A DNA stretch of 64,000 nucleotides from contig VRMN01000010.1 of the NCBI GenBank assembly GCA_008690995.1, positions 558,001 to 622,000 of the forward strand, given 5' to 3'. This document shows positions 43,027 through 52,000 of this stretch, piece by piece (the stretch's first letter is position 1; every line of letters starts with the position of its first letter). A program made the translations under genes and the position numbers. The stretch comes from Porphyridium purpureum. Its lineage: Eukaryota. A model generated the notes under the pieces. The model saw only the letters and a program-made list of their open reading frames with translations. It did no database searches and was not told where the DNA came from.

Positions 43027-45581
43027 TTATGCCATGTACTTGTACATGGATGGGTTGTTCTTGTCTCTCTCTAGGTATTCTCGCGAGATGAGCGTCTCGA
43101 TGCACAGCTTGAGCTGCTTCAAGTCCGGGCTGAATCGCGGCATCAGCTGGCTCACCACGGCGGAGATGAGGTTCGCGTGCTCCAACGTCTGCGCGCCTTT
43201 CATGATGCGCACAATGGCCGCCTCCATCACGTACTTTCGCTCGATCTCGAGCGCACGGTGCACGTGATCTCGCTCCTCCACCGCAGATTGCAGTTTCGGA
43301 AGCGGTAGCTGAATCTGCACCTTCCTCTTCCGATTCTTCCCATGTTCATCCGTCGGGCTCAGAAAGTCAGGGTTGAACTCAAACACATGCTCGTCTCCTA
43401 TCTCACTTACACTCAGCCTTGCCGAACATTTCAGCAAGGTCGGCTGCCCCTTGGGTCCCTTCGATAAGGTGATTAAATACTGCTTCAAACGATCTACCTT
43501 TTGATTCCATTGCTTCAGATTTGCCTCGCTCTGATTCACGGGATCTTTGATGAGCTGCTTGCGAACCTCTGCAAATGTCAAACGGTCCTGAAAGTCGAAA
43601 AGCTTCAAAATGCACGTCTGATACACTGAACCGACAATGGTCATCTTCACACCATCGGGACACAACACGACGAGGTGACATTTGCTGCGCGCATGCAGCC
43701 AGTCAATCTTGACAGACCTCCCTTGTGTCTGAATGAATTCAAGGAAGGAATTGACGCACTGGCTGAGTCCACATGGAAGCACCAAGTCCGGGTCGTCCTG
43801 GAAAGATGGCCAGTGGGAGAACGTCAGGTAACGCACAGTAAAGTCAACACCTTGGATCATCGCTCCCAATGATGACACGTTTGGAGTGCTTGGCGTGTCG
43901 CTATCAAGCGGTTGCGCCCCGGCCGAGGCCTGTGCAAGCCACTGCTTATAACGGGTCTGCACCTCCCGCGCTGAATGGACATCCGTAATCATGCCTTGCA
44001 GGTCTTTCGTGTAGTAGTTCCCAAACTTTTCTTTGAGCTTCTCCACAAAGTCCATTTCGGTGTCCTCATTACTCTTTTCGCCAAGCAATCGCTTAGCCAG
44101 TAGCGTGCGCAGGAATGTAAGAAATTTGTCCTTCTCCGTCAGATATCCGGTCATGTTGACAAGCGACGACAGCTTGGTGTCAATCTCGGTCTCGTCAAGC
44201 TTTGGACTTTTCGCCGTATTCAGCACGCAGTCGCAATAATCGGCCAGCAGCTCGGCACAGCTCATGTTCTGCGTTTCGTCCTGTGAAAAAGTGAAAACGG
44301 GTTCGTTCAGAAACGATATCCATGCAATCCGGAAACTCTCCTGGAATGATGAATCAGAATTATACACGACCTCGACTGCGTTCAAAAATGTTTCGAAGTT
44401 TCCGAGCAGGCTTTCTGTGTATCCTAGGCGCGACGCATCAATTTCCTTTAGCTCACTCATCCGAACACGCGGCGCGGCATTGGTAGCTACTGGAGAAGCT
44501 CCACCATTCGTAGACGCAACAATTCGAACCGTCCCGTTCGCACTCCCGTTTCCGTGGGTTCCTGCCGCGCTTGAAGAAGGTCCAGGAACCAAGGCGGCTT
44601 GGTAGTTTGCCCGGCCTCTCCGCAAAGCGACCGCAACGTGTTCGCCAAATAGATGAGCGAAGCGTATCAATTGGTCTTTCACATGCTTCGACGAGTACAG
44701 CTCGTACACGAGTTGCAAGTCTTCTTGCCGGTTCTGCTCAAGCATAGCAGCAAGCCCGCTTTCTTGTCGATTGAACAAAAGTTCATCCAAGTGCGACCCC
44801 ACGATGTGCTGCTCGCACACCTCAATGACCCTCTGACGTGACCGCTCCGGCAGGCTGCGCTGACAAAAACCAATTTCAGATTTGATCGCGTCTGCGGCAG
44901 TTCTCAAATATTCCGAAGTTGAGCACAGTTTCATCCAGCGTGCGGTCGCGGCGTGGTAGTAGTTTGTCGTGCACTGAACTAGCTGTTCCTCGAAGTAATC
45001 CCGGTACACGTCATACTCCGTATTCTCACTGATGAAGAAATACAGCCGCAGGACGACCTCAAGTGCTTGCTGCGACTCATTTGTTTCCGACTCCCGGAAT
45101 ACCTCTATCAGATTCATGACAGCCTCGCGCGCCTGTGTGTTGATTTGCGTGAGCACTGCGTCGTAGTAACACAGCGCACCGAACTTTGCCACAGGCATGC
45201 CCTGGCGCTGAAATAGCCTTCCAAAATCTTGTCCACCCAGCGCATGTATGCCAAGTGTCGATCCCAGCGCCGCGCAAGCTCGATCAACAGCCGCTGGTCG
45301 TGCTCCTTGCGCAGCGCAACCAAGGCGTAGTTCTGAAGATATGCGCACAGCCGATTCCTCAGACGAGCGAGCAGCTCGGCGCAGTACCACGAGCATCCAC
45401 GCGGCGGCCTCTCCACCGTCGCGTACACCGTCGTGTACATCTCCATCCACGTCGACGCGGTCGGCAACTGCGCGTCACTGCGCCCTTCCAACCGCACTTC
45501 CAAGGGCTCCAATCCATTCGTCACCAAGAGCGTCCAAGCGGCCTCAAACTCAGCCTCGCCGCGCCTCGCCCCGGACGCCAT
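43027..45581 (-). pseudogene. Second, divergent tandem cullin with a 1-nt frameshift near 45223-45226 (pseudogene or assembly error)
   Basis: The N-terminal ORF (MASG...YTTVY...RRWDRH...WVDKI) and the C-terminal ORF (EKDKF...LAKRLL...EAAIVRIMKG...LISREYLERD) are in different frames. Adding one T gives WVDKIFGRLFQR, matching WIKKIFDYL of the neighbouring cullin. Confidence 0.85.
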
Positions 45582-46403
45582 TCTCCCACTCGTACCGCCC
45601 TCACCGCTAGCCTCTCTCTCTGTATGTGACCACATCCGCCGCTCAACTCACCAACCACCTTGAGCACTCTTTCCCCCGTCTTTCTCCGTTTCCGCTGTGC
45701 GCGGTATAGCGCTGTCAACAGAGATTCGAACACTTCCGCACAGAAACTCCGCTGCGCAGTTCGGACCTCTCAGTGCGCCTCGGCATGAAACCGCCGACCC
45801 AAAGCCCAGTTTATTGCGCTGCTGTTAAAGGCATATCTCTTCCCAAGTGGCACGCACTCCCTAGCCTGTCGCCACCGTGGTCGCCACGCCGTGCGGCAAG
45901 CATCACGCGCGGCTCCTACACAGAGGCAAACGTCCTCCCGGCTTTTCTTTTATCTCACCGACCATTACAGAAAACAGGCACTCGCGTCAGCCACGCTTCG
46001 TATCGGTGATTAGATACCAGTGGAAGTGACTGGCTGGCTACCTGGTCAGGCCGTGATCCGAGCCGCCGTTTTGGCATGCATCTCGCCACGTCCTTGCCTG
46101 CGTGCGCGCACGCAACTCGGGAACTCCACACGGAACCGCTGGTGGCTTTTTCCACCGCACCACCGCTCCCCCGCGCACAAGAGGCGCTTCGGAGAGCTGT
46201 ACTTTATCGCTGTACATAATTAACAGATACTGAACATTAAGTAAGCGAGTTGTTTATCTATTTTCTTAATCACTTTTTTATGAAGGGCCGATGATCTTTG
46301 AGAGTTGGCAGACGGAGAGGGACTGGGAGAGCGCCGAGTCGGTGGAGAAGGTTGCGTCGGGGTGGCTTGTTGTTGTGTGTTTGTGTGTGTGTGTGTGGAC
46401 GGC

Positions 46404-47051
46404 ATGCTGCCTCTGTCGCTGATGCGCGCGGCCGTGGGGCAGCCGATCATGGTGGAGATGAAGAGCGGCGAGACGTATAATGGCGTGCTGCTGGCGGTCG
46501 ATGCGTACATGAACATGACGCTTGGAGATCCGCAGTTGCTGGCAGAACAGCAGGTGGCGACGCGCGGGGCGCAGGAGAAGAGCGAGGATGCTGCGGAAAG
46601 TTCAAAGGATCTGTCGCGAGAGCAACCAGGGCAGGAAGGTGCGGAACGACTTTCAGCAGCCATAGAGCCTGATCGATCGCGGCGCGTGATCTGCGCGTCG
46701 AAAGACGCAGACAAATTCGTGAGCGCTAGGGAAGTTTACATTCGTGGGAACACGATTAAATACGTTCGCATGGATGACAGCATGGTGGAAGTTGTCAAGG
46801 AGACCTTTGCCAAACAGCAGCAGCAGCGAGCCGCAGCAAATCTGAGCAGTGAGAACCAGTACGGGCAACCGCGCTCGAACCAGCCACAGCGCGGTGGATT
46901 CCGCGGTGGCAGAGGGACGGGCGGATGGCGTGGTTCACCCTCGAGTCGCGGCGCCGGTGCAGGCAGCGGATCGTATCGTGGGCGTGGTGGTGGTAGTGGA
47001 AGAATGGATGCCGCTGCCGTGTCAGTGGTACCTCAACACGATCGGTCGTGA
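46404..47051 (+). CDS. LSM4: U6 snRNA-associated Sm-like protein LSm4
   Basis: MLPLSL...VEMKSGETYNG.L...D.YMN, VICASKDADKF, YIRGNTIKY and an RGG-rich tail. Confidence 0.92.
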   Translation: MLPLSLMRAAVGQPIMVEMKSGETYNGVLLAVDAYMNMTLGDPQLLAEQQVATRGAQEKSEDAAESSKDLSREQPGQEGAERLSAAIEPDRSRRVICASKDADKFVSAREVYIRGNTIKYVRMDDSMVEVVKETFAKQQQQRAAANLSSENQYGQPRSNQPQRGGFRGGRGTGGWRGSPSSRGAGAGSGSYRGRGGGSGRMDAAAVSVVPQHDRS

Positions 47052-47160
47052 GCGCGCTCCAGTTTGAACGTCTGACTTTGAACTTCGATATCAAAAACTC
47101 TGTACATTTTGATTTCTAAAGCATGACTATCCTTGGTTTATATGCACGTCGAGCGTCGTT

Positions 47161-48072
47161 TCACCGCGTTGCAGAACCGACGCGATCGCATTGTTTAGCC
47201 GAATCAGCTTTGCGCATCTGCGCATGGGCCTTCGCAGTAGATGCACAATTTCCTTTCGCCTTGGTTGAGACAGCTTTCGTCGCCTGGCGGCGAATGCGTG
47301 CGCACGTCGGGCACCATGACGGTTTCCGGCCTCCCGACGTGTAGGATCGCCGGATGTTGTTTGGCGCCAGCCAGAAAGTGTGCCTTTGGTCGCACTCCCA
47401 GAGAAGCTTGCCCTGACTGCCCTTGTATTCTGTGGACAGACATTTTCCCGACAAACTATGAGCCAGCTCGTGCATATCTTGGATTGTCATCCGCAGGGTC
47501 AAAGCGCGGCAACGTGGACACCACGACCCACGCTTGACGTTGTGCGCGCTCGCATCCCACTCGTGTCCTTTCTCGCATTGCCACCGGTACCTGTGTGTGA
47601 TGCCGCGATATATCAGAGCCGAGCAGGGCATCACCTTTCCGTTTGTCCCAATTTCAGTCGCACTACCAACAAGCTTCCCGTTTCGCTCCTCCGCCAGTTT
47701 CCACAGCGTCTCAATGGAGCCCATACGCCTTGAAAAGTTCGTCTCTGGTGCCGTCTGAATCATCAAGCACGTCGGACAGTGCCTGGCTGCAGGACATCCT
47801 GCACATTCTGCGCGCACTTTGTGCCCATACCGACAAACATACCGTACTTCGCCGCCGGTCCGCGAGGCACGTTCCCAGGTGCTCGAGGCCGGAGCTGCCG
47901 GGTCCTCGTACCCAAACCTGATCTTGTTTAACTTGGCTTCCAAGGAGTGTTTTGCTTTCTTCGTAGTGAGGCGGTCCGTGACTGGCACCGAACCAGGACC
48001 TGCCGAATTTCTGGCCTCTCGAGCCGAAGCAGGTACTTTCCGCACCGGCGCCTGCCTCGTCTTGCCACTCAT
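47161..48072 (-). CDS. Zinc-ribbon (treble-clef-like) repeat protein
   Basis: Three C-x3-H...CPxC units (YVCRYGH..HCPTC; WQCEKGHEW..WCPRC; WECDQRHTF..WCPTC) with a TIQDMHELA...GKCLSTEY linker. ATG at 48072. Confidence 0.8.
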   Translation of the reverse strand: MSGKTRQAPVRKVPASAREARNSAGPGSVPVTDRLTTKKAKHSLEAKLNKIRFGYEDPAAPASSTWERASRTGGEVRYVCRYGHKVRAECAGCPAARHCPTCLMIQTAPETNFSRRMGSIETLWKLAEERNGKLVGSATEIGTNGKVMPCSALIYRGITHRYRWQCEKGHEWDASAHNVKRGSWCPRCRALTLRMTIQDMHELAHSLSGKCLSTEYKGSQGKLLWECDQRHTFWLAPNNIRRSYTSGGRKPSWCPTCARIRRQATKAVSTKAKGNCASTAKAHAQMRKADSAKQCDRVGSATR

Positions 48073-48283
48073 CCCATCTTCGTCTCGCTGGCTCACGTCC
48101 ACGTGATTGCTTCTGGCGCTCCTCGCACGTGCCTTCGTTCTTGGCTCTTTGCGTGTACAAACCGCGGCGAGCACCGCGAAGAAAAGGACCTTGGGTGGCG
48201 ACGACAAGGGCTCTGGTGCTTCCGCTTGCCTCGGTGCCCGGCTTATCGCGGTGCGACTCCGCGGCCTTGCCGGTCGCGAGTCC

Positions 48284-48782
48284 ATGTCGTCTCGCAGGAA
48301 AAAAACGACACCCGCTGGTGCGGCGGTGCTTCCTTCGCTCGCGCTTCTTCTGCACGCACTCAGGGGCGAGGTGATTGCACTTGAACTGGAGTCGGGCGCA
48401 CTGGTGCGCGGCACGCTGGTCGAGTCGGACGCGGCAATGAAGTATGTTTGCTTTGTTCAGCTTTCCAAGCTGTTCTCCTTCCCAAGTCGCTCTACTCTGT
48501 CTTCGCACGTCGAACATGCCGGAAAGTTAGTGGAGACCACGTGAGGCTGAGAGGCTGAAAGACTGACCATGTCCGTGACTGAATCTCGGCATCTACTGCG
48601 GCAGTATTCTTGTGGAACGTGTGGAATTCAGAGACCCTCAAGGCGTTACCTCGCGTGCGGCCATGATGCAGATCCGCGCTAGGCAGGTCTACTTCTTTTC
48701 GCTTCCTACCGATTGGGACGTGGATGCCGAACTCGCCTTGCAGGTTCGCCAACACGTGACAGGTGCCGCCGAAGGGCTGTAG
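48284..48782 (+). CDS. LSM10: LSm10-like Sm protein, two exons join(48284..48441,48605..48782), 111 aa
   Basis: Exon 1 SLALLLHALRGEVIALELESGALVRGTLVESDAAM; donor GTATGT at 48442; branch-like GACTGAC at 48561; acceptor GCAG ending 48604; exon 2 NILVERVEFRDPQG...IRARQVYFFSLPTDWDVDAEL. Total 336 nt, in frame. Confidence 0.75.
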
Positions 48783-49025
48783 ACTAAAACTGTGCGAAAG
48801 CTCAGGAAGAGTGTTTTACTTGTGGTTCTCTTCCACTGGTCACAATTCACAATCACAATGTCATTAAAACTTGACTTGGCCAACAGAGCGGCACCCTCAC
48901 AGATCAGGCACACGTTCATCGGTCACGTTCAGGGGAAGAGCCTGGATATCACTATTCCTTCTCGCAGTGGGGCCGGTGGTTTTCATCGCACTGGGAGAAA
49001 GAAAAACAGACAAAAGCCTCAATGC

Positions 49026-52000
49026 TCACATGTAGCGGAAAACCTGCATGTCATCCCTTGTAAGAATGGGACCGCTGGTTTTTCCTCCAGCGACGAAAAT
49101 ACCGTTGCCAATTCGTCCGCATGCGACGCCGTGTCGGCCGTCTGGCATGTCAGAAAGCACAGTCCACGAGTTCGAGCCCGGGTCGTACGCTTCGACAGCG
49201 GCCGATGCGATGTTGTTCGCAAACTCACCGCCGATCACGACTACGGAAGACTCCGACTCGACGACTCGGGCGCACCCGGTCCGCCGCGCCGTCGGCATGC
49301 TTGCTCGAGAACTCCACGCCGCGCCATTGAAGCTGAAAACGCTCGAAGCGTCTTCGCCGACCTGGCGGTTGCGTCCGCCAAACACCAAAATTTCGCCTCC
49401 CACGACCGCGCCCACAGCATTGTCACGCACTGCCGGCAGTGACGGTCCGGCGCGCCATGTCATCGTGTTCAAGTTGAGAATCTCCACCACATCAGTCGAC
49501 GAGCCGCCACCAGATGCCACGAGACCGCCAATGACCCAGATTTCATTCTGGAAGAGCACTACCACGGCACCTGCTCGTGCGGTGGGCAGGCTAGGAAGGC
49601 TTTCCCAAGTGTCAGAAACCGGATTGTAACGCGCGGCACCGTTGACCTGCCCAGAAAACGCAAGCGTGCTGCCCCCAATCACGTACACCAGGCCGCCCGC
49701 TTCGACCACGCCCGGATTCTCGACCGCACCGTACGGGATCGGCGCAAGCTCGCCAATGGCGCTCCACTCGTTCTTCCACGCGTCGAATGCCAGAGTATTC
49801 GCAAAGACGCCATTGTCATTCTTGCCGCCAAACAAGTACAGCTTTGTACCGAGCGCCACACTGCCGGCGTCCACAAGCTCGAGCGGAAGCGCGGGCGTAC
49901 CAACACCGGGCGCTTGCCAGCAACCAGGTCCGACGGGTGTAAATACCGTCAAACGACTTGCTCCAAACTCGGTCACGACAAGACGACCTAACGGATCCTC
50001 CGCGACAGCTAGCGGGTTGCTTAGCTTGACGCCTCCGGTGCCCGTGGTAGATCTAGTCAACGTCTCGTCATTGACCACTTGACCGCTCACACGAATTAAG
50101 CGTCTCACTTGATCTCCTACTGAGTACCACACCGACAACAAATCCTTCCTGAGCTCGCCACAGAATGCGAAGCTTTCGTAAGTAAGAAGCCCATTGGCCG
50201 AGCGGCTCGACCCGAGCGAGTATTCTGGCAAGCTATAGCTTGGTTCTGGAAGTGTTTGTGTCGGATAAATTGACGGCGCCGTCAAACTGTACGTGCCACC
50301 TTCCGAACGCAGCACTTCAAACGCGCCCGGGTTGGGAGGGTTGCCTGCAGCAAACACGCATTCGCCGCGTGACGGATTCGGATGACCATAGTACCGTCCT
50401 TGCTCCAGGATGTACAGCAAGTCATCGCGAGCGCCAGGATTCAGGGCGTCGCGGTTTGCCTTCCCAGTAATCTGGCCCAAGCATTCGCCCTGTGCGTCAC
50501 GAAGCGGTGGTGCGGTGCCTTCAACGCCGAGACCATTGTCCTGCGCATAAATAAGAAACGCACCCGCCGGAAATCCATCATCAGCCACAAACGTAAAGTC
50601 GTACACATTGCGAAGACCCGTCGCAAAAATGCTAACATCACAGTCAATGGAGGTAAATGCCACTCCCGTGGCGTCCATGATCACACCCAGCGGATCCTGC
50701 TCAGGTGTGCAGTCGAGGTCCAGCAAGCTTAAGTCCTGGTTCACATCGAGCACAAGGAGGGCCGCGCTGAGAGGCTGTTCTGGGCGTGGTCCAAACTCAG
50801 AGCCACCATCGTTACTTGCGCCAGCGCCGGTATTTCCCCCGATGGCATGGTACAGGCGCCCATCTGGCCCAAAATGCAGTTGGTTGGGAGCATGGTTCGC
50901 GATGGCGCGCGGGAGACCCACGATCACGTCGTGCGAGCTCAGAACACTTCCGTCCAGACCGTTCAGCGTCATTCTGGACACTGTGCCCGAATTGGCGTCG
51001 CCATCACTGAAACTCGCATCCGAGTGGCTCATCCATAGTGTGATCAACTCCGGTGTGGATTGCGGATCGACTGTGATCCCAAGAGTCAACCGACCTTCCG
51101 ACCCAACGGCGAAGGACGTGTACTCCGAAGCTTGGTACGTCTGTAGGACTATGCCCGCATTCACGTCGACCGCAAAAATCTGGCCCAAGGCCGATGCCAC
51201 GTAAAGCAAACCGTTCGGCGCAAAGACCAACGCAGAGCCAAAGCCGACGTCATTGATGCGACTTATGCTCCAATCGATGTCCGTAGGTCCCACGGGAGGC
51301 GGCGATGGCACAGCCACGGCGTCCACGACAAATTGTCGCAGAACAAATTCCTCTCCATTTCCCTCCTCGGTCAACACACCCGTGTAACTGCGTGTTCCTA
51401 CGAGAAAGTCAATGCCCGCAGCATCTTTCGAGAACCAGCTCGGCTCGACGTCCGAAAACACAATCAACTCTTCGAAAACCGCCGACGCCAGGTTCGCGGC
51501 GGCAAGCACGGTCACCGAGTTCAGTTCTGGGGCCAGCTCCATTCGAAACGCGATCTGAGTCCCATCAAATCCCACAGGAAGTGGGAACGGCGTCACATTG
51601 GCCACATCGTTCTCTTCGAGTATGACTTGCACTTCAATGCCGGATCCCACACTCAATACGACACATACCATGATGTAGTCGCTGCCCGAAATGCCGAAAA
51701 AGTGACACATCTTTTCGCCTGCTTGCGAGGGCGAGGCAGGAAGTTCAATCAGCGACGTCACAATCACCTCTTGATCAGGGAGCGGCAAGCCTACAGCGAG
51801 TGCATTAACAACGTTGTTGGTTGTGCCTTCCCACGAGCCCGGGCTGGCAGCGATGAGCAGACCGTCGCCGTTCGGCAGGACTGCAAGCAAATTTGGGTCG
51901 AACCACAAATTCAGATCGACGCCAACAGTATTTGGGATGACGGCGGTGAACCCCGTCGGCGCGCCCGAGCCATCAGGAATCCCTGTCACAAAGCTCGGAA

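Noticed and set aside
45200..45240. Intron or programmed -1 frameshift joining the two cullin ORFs
   Set aside because: There is no room for a plausible intron, since the alignment is already shorter than the paralog, and there is no canonical X-XXY-YYZ slippery heptamer.
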